A DNA stretch of 64,000 nucleotides, taken from Chiloscyllium plagiosum (taxonomy: Eukaryota). Of the stretch, positions 50,010-62,054 are shown piece after piece; the first letter of the stretch is position 1, and every line of letters begins with the position of its first letter. The notes below the pieces were generated by a model. It made no database searches. It saw nothing but the letters and a program-made list of their open reading frames with translations, and was not told where the DNA came from. The position numbers and the translations under genes are program-made. Location of the stretch: positions 27,832,930 to 27,896,929 of the forward strand of contig NC_057735.1 in assembly GCF_004010195.1 (NCBI RefSeq), written 5' to 3'.

Positions 50010-51445
50010 GTGAGTAACTGTTTTCTTCCCAGTTATAGTTAACACTTAGATGGTAAATTTTAAAGTGGAGAATGTTATAAAAGTCACAGAAATCTAAGTT
50101 TGATATTCACTCCACTCCTTCACAATATTAGGAGGCATTGGCAATATTGAGAAGGTATAGTGGAAGTGCATAGATCTTTTTATGTAATCGAGCAAAGTTC
50201 TGTCTCCAGTCAACTCCTATATGTTTCACTGTATCAAAATAAATCTTATTTTTGGATTTATAAATGCCAATTTTTTTCCTGGATCTAATTGTTGCCAAAA
50301 ATAACTATTAAAAAGTGCCTGTAGGTGATAAATCAGTTGTAGAATTTCTCAACAGTGATCCTTGTGGAAATCTGTTTTCTTCCTTAGCACAGGAATAGTT
50401 TCTTTTTCAGAAAGAGCAGTTAGCTTATTAGCAAAACTAATGTTGTATATAGAGTGTTTTCTGAACAGTCGTAGAACTAGTATATATGTCAAATAAGATT
50501 ATTAATCAGTCTGTTTGGAAATGTTATGGCCACCTCTGGAACAGGTGGGCCTGAACCCAAACCTCCACCTGGAGGAAGGGGAACTAACAGTTTGCCATGA
50601 GACTCTTTATAGACAGATTCTACTTTGACAACTTTGTTCTATTGTTGTTCAAATTATCTTGTAGTAAATGAAGTCTATTAGACAGTTTAAAGCTAAAAAC
50701 CTAAAATCATGAAAGCGTTTGAATGAATAAGCAATGTATTTTAAGTGATTATGACACCCTATCAGTGGTTGGCAGTTGCAGTATTATGTGGCAAATTCAG
50801 ATCATCATTAATCTAAATTGAAGGCTTAGTTATCCATTTCACAGATCCACTAGACCCACAATGCTCTACTGCTGACCAGATATCAATGATATGTGTATGT
50901 TGACTTGTACTGTGTACCTACATGATCAAAAATGTGAAGCCAAAACTGAAATTGCTGGAAAAACTCAGCAGGTCTGGCAGTATCTGCAGAGAGAAATCAG
51001 AGTTAACGTTTTGAGTCGGGTGACTCTCCCTCAGAATCTTCTCTTCTGTTTTGGTTTCTGATTTACAGCATCCGCAGTTCATTCAGTTTTTAGGTTGTCC
51101 AAAGATCTGAACATCCACACACAGAGGTTTTCCAATGCATTAATAACACACTAGAGGTCACTGTTCTGTACTCAATGTGTAGCGCATAATACCAGATGGA
51201 ATAACTGGTAAAACGGTATTTGCAGTATAAAATGAAACTGAGGCATTATGCATTACTTTATTTGTTTCTGAAAAAAGATAGGCTAGATTAAGTAATTTGT
51301 GACTGTAATCACACCAATATATGCTTGATAAAATACAAAATATTTCATTAATTAGTTTAGCATTTCTTAGTTTTGGATTTATGTTACATTTCAAGCGTTA
51401 TTTTTATTAATACTTTAATTTCATTTATCAACTTTTTTTTTCTAG

Positions 51446-51521
51446 TATTGCCAAGCTGAAGAACGCAAAATCATAATGCTCATGTTGTCTGAAATGTATG
51501 AGTATTTGGCAGAAATAGCTG
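51446..51521 (+). CDS. LEMD2: LEMD2 exon 3
   Basis: 76 nt, YCQAEERKIIMLMLSEMYEYLAEIAG versus human [26 protein letters not shown]; canonical splice sites. Confidence 0.92.
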
Positions 51522-53277
51522 GTGAGTTGAAGGATAATCACAAAGGGGAACGTATTCTTGCTGTAAATTACTAGCTACAAAAAATGTAAACAGCTAAGGA
51601 AAATACGAAAGATCCACAAAATTCAGTTTAACACGTACCATAATACTGCTTTTCAATGGGAGAATAAATTCTTTAATGTAATCAAAATTGTGGATAATGT
51701 ATTGAACATTTTAAAGATTGCATTCAGTAGATTTTTGCCAAGTAAAGATTCTGCAAAAAGGCAGCAAAGGGGAGATGAGGTAGAAGATCAGCTATGATCT
51801 TTTCAATAACTAAGCAAACTTGAGGGATTGCATAATGTAACCTAGCTCATAATCTTTGCATTCAAATCAGCTTAATTCAAGAGGATATTTAAAGCATTCC
51901 TAATGAAGGTAAAGTGTATAAATAATTCTGGCATAATCAATGTTTTTATGTAAAATTCTTCATTTGATTCAATCACCCTGCATCTTTGTACTTAACCCTC
52001 TTAAACTCAGTCTGGTTTTAGTTTTTCAGCAATTTCAAATGCTATACTTATATCACGATAACCAAGAAATGTAAGCAGGCAGTGTATCACTGCGTTGCCT
52101 CTTGTCAGTCACAGGTAGCTTGAGAGTCAGAGCGATGACTTATGTTTCTCTATAGGAATAGAAGCAGCTGTTCAATTATTTTCCACACCATTGCATGGAT
52201 TGTAAAATCTCTAGGATTACATGCATTCATGAGAAATTGAGGTTATTCTTCAGTCGCTACTCAGGAGAAGAAAAAAACAACAACAAAAATCTGTTTTTTG
52301 GTTGAACCGTTTTGGATATTAGTTCTGTAAGTGCTAAAGATAGTGTTAACTTCTGCTGTATTGAATGATTGGAGATGAGTGTTATTTTGATCCAAACTCC
52401 AGGAAATGGTCAAGCAAAGTTTATTTTCCAAAACGTTTTTGATTTGGGGAAGGTTCCATTAGACTGGAATACACCAAATGTGATTATTTTATTCAGAAGG
52501 GGAGGAGACAGAAAACAGTAAGTTACAGACCAGTTTGTTTTGATAGCTGCCATACGGAAAATGTTAGAAACTTTAACTAAAGACATTATAGCGAGGCACT
52601 TAGGTAAGTTCAATGTAATCCAGCAGAGTTAGTATGGTTTTGTGAAAGGTAAATCATCTTTAACCAATCTATCAGCGTCTTTGAGGAAATAACACATTCA
52701 GTGTAAGGGTGACTTGGGTATATAGTGTACTTCAATTTAAAAAAATAATTTGATAAGGTGCCACAGAAAGTAGAAGTTCGTGGTGTAGAGGGTAGCATGT
52801 TGGCATGGATAGAGGATTGGCTGGATATCAGGAAGTAGAGGGAAGGCAAAAATGGGTCATTTTCAGATTGACACATTATAATGAGTGTTGTGCCACAGAA
52901 AGTGGTGCTGGAATCTTTACTGATTCCAATTTATTTCAATGACTTGGATGAAGAGATTGAAGATATAGTTGCTACATTTGTTGATATCAAGAAGACAGGT
53001 TGAAAAGTAAGTTACAAAGAGGACATAAGGAGGCTACGAAAAGATATGCGTTTAAGTAGTGGGCAAATAGAATATAACATGGGGGAAAAATGAATGTACT
53101 TCTGCTTTGGCAGAAAGAATAAAAAGCATTTTGTCTAAATGGTGAGAGATTGCAGAACTTTGCTATGCAGAGATAGCTTAATGTCCTGGTATATGAATTG
53201 CATAAGGCGAGTGTGCATGAATATGTGAAACCTCATACAATATTATCATTTATTGTGGAGTGCGTTGAATAAAAAAG

Positions 53278-53466
53278 TTAAAAATCACACAACACCAGGT
53301 TATAGTCCAACAGGTTTAATTGGAAGCACACTAGCTTTCGGAGCGACGCTCCTTCATCAGGTGATTGAAAGCCAGTGTGCTTCCAATTAAACCTGTTGGA
53401 CTATAACCTGGTGTTGTGTGATTTTTAACTTTGTACACCCCAGTCCAACACCGGCATCTCCGAATC
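53278..53466. mobile_element. Young palindromic Penelope family B insertion nested in a CR1 LINE
   Basis: Inverted arms of about 65 nt; perfect 13-nt TSD TTGAATAAAAAAG at 53265-53277 and 53467-53479. Confidence 0.8.
53332..53360 (-). ncRNA. Minimal type I hammerhead ribozyme core (Penelope family B)
   Basis: Minus strand cac-CTGATGA-AGGAGC-GTC-GCTCC-GAAAGCTA-gtg: intact core boxes, 5-bp stem II, palindromic AGCT stem III, 3-bp stem I. Confidence 0.8.
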
Positions 53467-54209
53467 TTGAATAAAAAAGGTAGAGATGTCTATACAGATC
53501 ATTGAGAGACCACATCTAACTATTGTGTACTGTATTGGTCAACCTATTTAAGGGGGGATATAAATGTTTTGGAAGCAGTTCAGAGAAGGTTTGCTAGTCT
53601 AATACCGGGAATGGCTACATTATGTTATGAGGAAATACTGGACAGGCTATGCTTACATCTACTGGAATTTAGAAGAAAAAGACGTGACTTGATTAAGACA
53701 ATAGATCCTGAGGGGTCTTTGACGAGGTGAATGTCAAGATGATGTTTCCTCTTAATGGAAAATCAAGAACTAGGGTCACTGGTTAAAAATCAGACATGAG
53801 ATGAAATTTCTTCTCCCAGTTTCACAAATCTGTGGAACAGTCTTCCTGAGAAAGTGTTAGAAGAGGCATCCTTGAATATTTTAAAGACAGAAATGGATAG
53901 CTTCTTGTTAAGAGAGGTTATCTGGGATAGTGTGGATCTGGATTTGAGGTTATTAAATGGTAGAGAAGACCCTGGGAGCCTAGTGGCCTATTTCTGCTGT
54001 TCATACATTTACAACACAAAATGCAACTCACTTGAAAACTTGGGAGGCAGTAAACATGGGCTTTGCCTATCATGTTCTGCTTGTTAAATGTGTTGTTCAA
54101 ATAACTAATGGTACTGTTTAAATAATTTAAGTACAAATGTTTATGTAAAAGGATATGGGATAAGCTATTTGTTGGGCATTTTCCCTGGTGCTTCAAAGGA
54201 TAGGGTGAA

Positions 54210-54995
54210 TACTAAGGTCTTTTCACTGAGGGAGTCCAAAACTAGAGGGCAAAGGTCTAAGGTGAGAGGGGAATGATTTAGAAGGGATCTGAGGGGCAAT
54301 ACTTCACGTAGAGGGTGGTGCGCATATGGAATGAGCGGCCAGAGGAAGTGGTGGAGGCTGGTACAATTACAACATTTAAAAGGCCTCTGGATGGGTACAT
54401 AAATCGGAATGGTTTAGAGGGATTTAGGTCAAATGCTGGCAAATGGCACTCGATCAGTTTAGGATATCTGATCAGCGCAGGCCTGTTTCCGTGCTGGATA
54501 ACTCTATGACTCTGTGACTGAGATGAGGAAAATTTTCTTGACTCAAAGGTTAGTGAACCTGTAGAATTCTCTACCACAGATGGATGTAGAGGCAAAGGCA
54601 CTGAATACAGTAGTCCTCTGGTACCCGCAGGAGATACGTTCAAAGACCTACCGCCAAAGCCCCAAACCATGGATAGGTGCAAACCCATTCATTTAAATTG
54701 GAAATTGACCTCCCTGGCAGCTCCCTGGTCCCCGGTTCCGGAATGTTCCACGTAATTTACTGCGGGTCATGGTAAACCACGGGTAACTGAAACCGCAGAA
54801 ACTGATTCCACAGATAGGCAGTAGACTTGTATACTCAAGAAACATCTTTTCTAGAAATTTTTGGATATTAAATACATCAAGGGATATCGGGAGAAAGCGG
54901 GATTATGGCCTTGAAATAACCATGACCATTTGAATGGCAGAGCAGGCTTGAAGGGACTAATGACCTTTTTCTGCTTCTTGTCTCTATGATTCTTC
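54210..54995 (+). mobile_element. Adjacent HER1 and CR1 3' fragments, the latter split by a MITE
   Basis: VRIWNERPEEVVEAGTITTFKR; second tail at about 54990. Confidence 0.75.
54608..54829. mobile_element. Tigger/Tc1-mariner-type MITE
   Basis: TA|CAGTAGTCCTCTGGTACCCGCAGG ... GACTTG|TA; degenerate TIRs; TA duplication inside CR1 sequence. Confidence 0.65.
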
Positions 54996-55519
54996 ATCAT
55001 TAATTTTAGGAAGTATTGAAGAATTATCTAAAATCACGTGCTTCTGGATGATAACCAGAAAATAATGTATATAACTGAATCTCTGATGTGTTGTCTTCTT
55101 GCACATAAAAGTACGTTCATCTTTACATTGAAAGCCTTCATTAATTCCGGTCTTTCTGAATGGTGTTAATCTTGTCAGTTACCTGGTCACTCAAAATGTT
55201 GCAGGGTTTTTATGTGATTGTAGAGGGACCTTTGTAGTTTGCAGTAACCAAGCATAATGTTTCTATCTTGCAGTGTTCTTCATGTCAATCTACTGGCATT
55301 TACCCAATTGCATTCTCTGTAACTGCAGCAATGTCATATACTGTTAAAATATAACCTGTTACTTTCCCTTTACACTGCTTGGGTAAAAAATGTAATTCTC
55401 TATTTGCAGCTATTTTAAAATCTGTCAGCCCAACCTAATGTGCTAATAAATTGAATGCAGTTGGCTTTATTCTTTTTCATTATGTCAGTTAGAGCCTTTT
55501 GGTTTTTATCTATACGTTG

Positions 55520-56895
55520 TCATTGTCAACAGGAATACTGCCAGAAGCCTGACGTTAGCAAATGTTGTCCCCCTTGTTCAAGAAGGGGAGTAGGGACAAT
55601 CCTGGTAATTGACCCTTAGTTTGGTTGTGGGTAAAGTGTTGGAAAGGATTACAAGAGATCGGATTTATAATCCTCTGGAAAGAAATAATTTGATTAGGGA
55701 TAGTCAGCATGGTTTTGTGGAGGGTACATCGTGCCTCACAAACCTTACTGAGTTCTTTGAGAAGGTGACCAAACAGGTGGATGAAGGTAAAGCTGTTGAT
55801 GTGGTATATATAGATTTCAAAGTAAGGCTATTGCATAAAATATGCATGGAATTGAGGGTGATTTAGCGATTTGGATCAGAAATTGACTAGTTGAAAGAAG
55901 ACAGAAGGTGGTGGTTGATAGGAAATGTTCATGCTGAAGTTCATTTAGTTGTGGTATACCACAAGGATCTGTTTTGGGGCCACTACTATTTGTCATTTTT
56001 ATAATTGACCTGGATGAGGGCGTAGAAGGATGAGTTAGTAAATTTGCAGATGATACTAAAGTTGGTGGAGTTATGGACAGTGTGGAAGGATGTTGCAAGT
56101 TACAGAGGGAAATAGATAAGCTGCAGAGCTGGGCTAGGAGGTGGCAAATGGAATTTAATACGGAAAAGTGAGAGGTGATTCACTTTGGAAGGAGTAACAG
56201 GAATACAGAGTACTGGTCTAATGGTAAAATCCTTGGCAGTCTGGATGAGCATGTAAATAGATCCCTGAAAGTTACCATCCAGGCTTATAGGGTTATTAAG
56301 AAGGCATATGGTGTGTTAAGCTTTTATTGTTATAGGGATTAAGTTTCAGAGCCCTGAGGTCATGTTGCAGCTGTACAAAACTCTGGTGCGGCCGCCCTTT
56401 GTTATTGCGTAACATTCTGGCTGCCGCATTACATGAAGGATGTGGAAGCATTGGAAAGGTTGCAGAGGAGAGTTACCAGGATTTTGCCTGGTATGGAGGA
56501 AAGGTTGAGGGATTTGAGGCTGTTTTCGTCAGAAGAAGGTTGAGAGGTGACTTAACAGAGACATATAAAATGATCAGAGGATTAGATAGGGTGGACAGTG
56601 AGAGCCTTTTTCCTCTGATGGTAGTGGCTAGCACGGGTGGGCATAGCTTTAAATTGAGGTATGATAGTTATAGGACAGAGGTCAGAGGTAGTTTCTTTAA
56701 TCAGAGTAGTAGGGGTATGGAACACACTGCCTGCAACAGTAGTAGACTTACCAACTTTAAGAGCATTTAAATGTTCATTGGATAAACGTACGAATGATAA
56801 TGGAATAGTGCAGCATAGATGGGCTTCAGATTGATTTCACAGATCGGTGCAGCATCGAGGGCCGAAGGGCCTGTATTGCACTGTAATGTTCTATT
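55520..56895 (+). mobile_element. CR1/HER1 LINE
   Basis: IRDSQHGFVEGTSCLTNLTEFFEKVTKQVDEGKAVDVVYIDF. Confidence 0.9.
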
Positions 56896-56992
56896 AATGT
56901 GGAATGTTTGAATCTTGAATGTACTTAGAGATTCATTTTTAGTTACAAAGTGCATGATTGGAGTTAAACAATTTAATTTTTTTGACTTGTAG

Positions 56993-57069
56993 GTGAGTTT
57001 GAGTGTGGATCTGAATATCTGCTGAAGACCAAATGTGTTCCAGTTGCTGATGTACAGAGACATTTAGCA
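56993..57069 (+). CDS. LEMD2: LEMD2 exon 4
   Basis: 77 nt, EFECGSEYLLKTKCVPVADVQRHLA versus human [25 protein letters not shown]; |GTAAGT. Confidence 0.92.
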
Positions 57070-57829
57070 GTAAGTTATACATTTAAATGTAAAATATTTT
57101 TAATGTACATAAGATTAGTTAATGGTTATTTGTATCTTGTAAAATTAGAAGTTTTGGACTATAAAACATGCTTGTGGAAATAAAGAAAACAGGTGAAAAT
57201 CAGCTATGTAATATTGCCATAGTGTTAAAACATTCATTGAAAATTCCTTTGTTAACATTAACATGGTGTTCAGTAACTCTTGGGGAAAAAAACATGGGTC
57301 AGTGAGATTTTTAAATACTGAACCAAAGAGTTCAAAGAAAGGTGCTACAGCTGTTGTATACTAATATTGTATAACAATTGCATTGCATTTAATGAATGCA
57401 TTTAATGAAGAGAACTGACATTAAAATAATGTACTGAACTATTGCTGAGGTGTGCAATGGAACGATAATAACTCGTCTACAATAACTCCTGCACAGTGGT
57501 CGTCACTTTATCATTGGATTGGTTCCATTGGAGCTCTACCTCGGCAAGAAGCCAAAGAATATGTACTTAAAACAAATTGGTCTTATTGTTGTGTGCATTT
57601 ATTTGCAAGATCACATGTGGTTTATAGCTGGAAACATGTAACAGTGATATTTATTTTTACACAATCAAACTATATTTGTGACTCTGATATTCCTGGTACA
57701 AAGGGGTAAAAATTTAGAGTTACTGATCATAACAACATGCATACCAGGAAATGGTACACTTAATGGCAGTGATTTTTCAGTCCATTAACTGTAATAGGTA
57801 AAAACATTGTGGGCTGAGAAAGCAAAATT

Positions 57830-60500
57830 TGCAATATATGCTCCAGGCTCACATGAAGGAGAGTGTTGTTGGAGCTGCACCCTCCATGCAAGTGAAAAGT
57901 ATTCTATCACAATCTTGACCTGCATTTTGAAGATGGTGGATTGGCATTGGAGAGAAGGAGGCAGGTTATTCACTGCAGGATTCTAGCCTTTGATCAACTC
58001 ATTATACCACAGTATTTATAAGGCTGGGCCAGTTCAGTTTCTGGTTGATGTTAACCCCCAAGATGGTGAGAGTGGGCATTCAGCAATGGTAAGGGTACTC
58101 TAGGGTCTCTAGAGGAAGATGGTTAGATTCCTTTTTGTTTGAGATGGTCACTTGTACCACATTGTGCCAGGCAATATTATTTGTCAGTAGCCCAAATCTG
58201 GGTGTTGTCCATGTCTTTTTGTATATGAACATGGGCTACTTCAGTATCTGAGGAAATGCAAATATTGCTAAGCATCGTCCATTTGTTAGTCAATATTCCA
58301 AATCTGACCTTATGATGAGGAAAGGTCATTGAAGCAGCTGAAGCTAATTGAGCTTAGGAATTCCTGCAATTTCAATCATGAGCAAGCTTTCTGGCCTTAT
58401 GATGGAAGATTAATGATGCAGCTGAAGGTAGTTATGCCTAACTTGAGGAGTTTGTGAGCCATGAGACCTGAGTTCAAATCCCAAAGTTATGTAATACTGT
58501 GTTTGAACAGGTTGATTAGCAAATATCTACCCTGAAGAATTAGGGTGCTTATGGTGTCATGGTAATGTCTCTGCCTATGGACCTAGAGGCCTGGGTTCAA
58601 GTCCCACCTGCTTCAGAGTTTTTTTTGTATTCACTCGTAGGACATGGGCATCACTGGCTGGCCAGCATTTATTGCCTGTTTCTAGCTCCCCTTGACTGAG
58701 TGGCTTCTAAGCCATTTCAGAGGGCAGTTGAGAGTCAACTGCTGTGGCTCTGGAGTCAAATGTAGGCCAGACCAGGTAAGGATGGTAGACTTCCTTGCCT
58801 TAATGTTTGTAAGCCATTTTTTCCCTCCAACAATCAGCAATGATTTCACGGCCATCAGTAGATTCTTAATTTCCAATTTTTTTTTTACTTATGTCAAATT
58901 CCACCATCTGCTGTGATAGGACTCAGACCTGGTCCCAGAACATTAGTTGAGTTTGTGATGTATAATTATATCTCTGAATGGGTTAATTTAAAAAGAAATG
59001 CCCTGAGGAATTCTTACAGTGAGGTACTGGGTCTAAAATGAATGACCTCAAAGAACAGCTATCTTGCCTTGGAAAATGTGCATATTTTCTACTTATCCTG
59101 TTCAGAGATGTTATAACCCCATTGGAGCAGGTGGAACTTGAGCCCATGCTGTTTGATCTGGAGGTAGGGACACTACAACTGCACCACAAGAGACCTTGGA
59201 CACAGTATAGTTATTTTCTAATCAACCTGTTCAGAAATGTTATTACCCGGACGTGTAACCTTGTCTCCTGGCTCAGGGGTGAGTACAGTCCCACTTTACC
59301 ACAGGAGCCCTTGTACATAGTATGTTTCGGTTTTTTAGCCCATTTTCTAATCAACCTGCTCAGCAATGCTATTACACACCTTTGGAACAGATGGGATTGG
59401 AACCCAGGCCTCCCGACTCAAAGGTAGAGATACTACTTCTGTATCACAACAGCCTTCTTGCACAAAGTATGACTCCAATGAGGGGAGTGTTTTTGCCTGA
59501 TTTGAATTTGCCTTGATTCCATACTCTATCACATACTGTCTTGAAATCAAGGTCACTCTCACCTCATCTCATCTCTGGAGTTCAGTAGTTTTGTACATGT
59601 TTGAACCAAGGCTGTAATGGGTTCAGGACCCTAGTGGCTTTGACAGAATCTAAACTGAGCATCGTGAGTAGGTTATTGTTAGCAAGCGCAGCTTGGAGCA
59701 TTGTTGTTATACCTTTTCATTACTTTGATTGAAAGCAATTGACTGAGTTGGATTTGTTTTATTTTTCCCTTTGTAAACTGGGCATACTTAGGCAAATTTC
59801 AACATTTCCAGGTAGACACCATTGTTGTAGCTGTATTAGAACACTTAGGCTAGGGGTGTGGTTAGTTATACGAGCATAAGTCTCGAGTACCATTGCTAGA
59901 TGTTATTAGGATCCATGCCTTTGCAGTATCCAGTGTTTTCAGCCATTTCTTGATACCAAGTGGAGTGAATTAAAATGTTTGAAGGCTGATTCTAGAAACC
60001 CCTGGGGGTGGCTGAGATGAATCATCCACTTCTGGCTCAAGGTGCATGTAAATGCTTTTGCCTTCTCTTTGACACTGATGTGCTGCGTTCACCCATTATT
60101 GAGAATGGGGATATTTGTAGAGTTCTCTTCATTTGTTAATTGTTTAATGGTCCTCCACCATTTACAATGAATGTGAGGACTACATAGCTTCTGTCAGATC
60201 AGTTAACTGTACGATTGCTTAGCTACGTCTATCAAATGCTGATTTCATAACTTAGCATGTACATCGTCCTGTGTTCTTGCTTTACAAGTTTACATCTTAT
60301 TTTTATTTATGGCTGGAGCCACTTGTAGCATGCCTCCCTGCATTGAACAAAGAAGGGTTGGATCCCCCAGCTTAATAGTAAATTGGGAGATCTGCCAGCC
60401 CATGATGTTCAGATTGTGGTTGAATGCAGTTCTGTTGTTGATGGCCTGCAGCACCTCATGAATGCCTAGTTTTGTTGGATGTTGGAAATGTTTGAAATCT
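57830..60500 (-). mobile_element. Cluster of old L2/CR1-group LINE fragments, a DeuSINE-like element and short tRNA SINEs
   Basis: TIFKMQVKIVIEYFSLAW peptide; homology to 21795-23090 and 48885-49068; boundaries approximate. Confidence 0.55.
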
Positions 60501-60921
60501 GTGTGCAGCCTAGATGGTGATTGCGCTCTAAAGCACGTGTAAAAGCTGATGTAAGAGTTTGATTGGTGGCTTTGGAGGCTTGGTTTATCAATCAATATTT
60601 ACCTCTCCCATAGCATATGACTTCCCTATTCTGATAATGACGCATGACCACCAGCACATTTCACATACTGTTTTTCTTCATTTTTATTAAATGTTGATTT
60701 TTGTTATTGAAATTGTAAGGTTCAGTAACAGGAATATCTTGTCCTCAAATTGTTTCTAGATTTGACTCTTAAATACATTCTGAAATTTTCTTTTAAAGTT
60801 TCAGCACCATCTTGATGGTGGAAAAATTAAACTTGTGCAGTGATGTGAAGCATAATAGCTTGAATATTTTTTTAAAATGTCCTTATTTATATTTGTTTAC
60901 TCACTAATATTGCTTTCCCAG

Positions 60922-61001
60922 ACTAATAATATACCTAATCTAGAAAAATTTAATGAGGCACTTCAATGGATCATTCAGAGTACTCGAGACTTTGGGATTA
61001 G
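60922..61001 (+). CDS. LEMD2: LEMD2 exon 5
   Basis: 80 nt, TNNIPNLEKFNEALQWIIQSTRDFGIR versus human KFEAALTWILSSNKDVGIW; canonical splice sites. Confidence 0.92.
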
Positions 61002-61214
61002 GTGAGTTGTTTTCTTGTAAATTCTAGCTTAAATTAATGAACAGTATTTGAATGCATAAAGTAGAACATAACCTCCAGTCATTGTGCATGGAATTCTGTT
61101 ACCTTCCTCTCACTGTGTTGTTGACAATTCTTGAAAAGTTTAAAACAACAGGTACTTGAGACACAATTCTTGAGCATTTCTTGACCAGATTTAAAATGGT
61201 ACTTGCAATTTTTG

Positions 61215-61741
61215 AGAAGATTTGCGGCCTAGGTTGTGGTTCAGGTTGGAAGTTTCTGGCAGTTTCTGATAAGACAGGATGTTGCTGCTGTGATTGGCTG
61301 AGACATTTGCCAGTCAGTTCTTAAATTAATTGGTGTATAAAAAGATGATCTTACTTGGCAATGAAGGGTTAGCTGAACTGGTAGATTTGTCCTCCGATGT
61401 TCGTCACCATGTGAGGTAACATCATCAATGAGCCTCCATTGAAGTGCTGGCATTTTGTCCCACTTTTTATTTATGTGTCTTGGTATGTTGTGGTGGGTGA
61501 TATCATTTCCGGTTATTTTTCTGGGAGGTTGGTAAATGAGGTCCAACAGTGCTTCAATGAAGGCTCACTAATGATGTTATCTCACATAGTGATGAAACGT
61601 CGGAGAACAAATTTACCAGCTCAGCTAACCCTTCATTGCCAAGTAAGATCATCTTTTTATACACCAATTAATTTAAGAACTGACTGGCAAATGTCTCAGC
61701 CAATCACAGCAGCAACATCCTGTCTTATCAGAAACTGCCAG
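61215..61741. repeat. Long inverted repeat around a Penelope family D palindrome in LEMD2 intron 5
   Basis: Arms about 61256-61450 and 61547-61741; degenerate hammerhead CTAATGA...GAAACGTC at 61568-61601. Confidence 0.85.
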
Positions 61742-62054
61742 CCAATCGGAGACTGGCAGCTTCTGAATCCTAAAAACCATATTTGTGTCTTGATGAAGCT
61801 TCTGATTAAAATTACTTTCAAGTTACTTGATGGATAGCATAAACAGTGGGTTGGCTTCAGCTGGACTTATAATTCATTCTCTTGTAATTATAGATTACAG
61901 ACATTGGTGGTTATCCATAATAAAAATGTAAAATTTGAATAACAGACTTGAATCATTTTTAAGAGTTTTATACAATTTAAAAAAAAAATGATTGTTGCAG
62001 ACATTCCCTTGAAGAATGTTTATTTAATTATCTTTTTTTAATATCTGCTTACAG

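Larger units (their letters stand above)
52400..54005 (+). mobile_element. Old CR1 LINE
   Basis: Decayed homology to the CR1 RT region and 3' end. Confidence 0.75.

Noticed and set aside
7742-61601. Selection against sense-strand hammerheads in introns
   Set aside because: Intact cores in LEMD2 are antisense, but the C6orf89 one is sense; too few cases to support a bias
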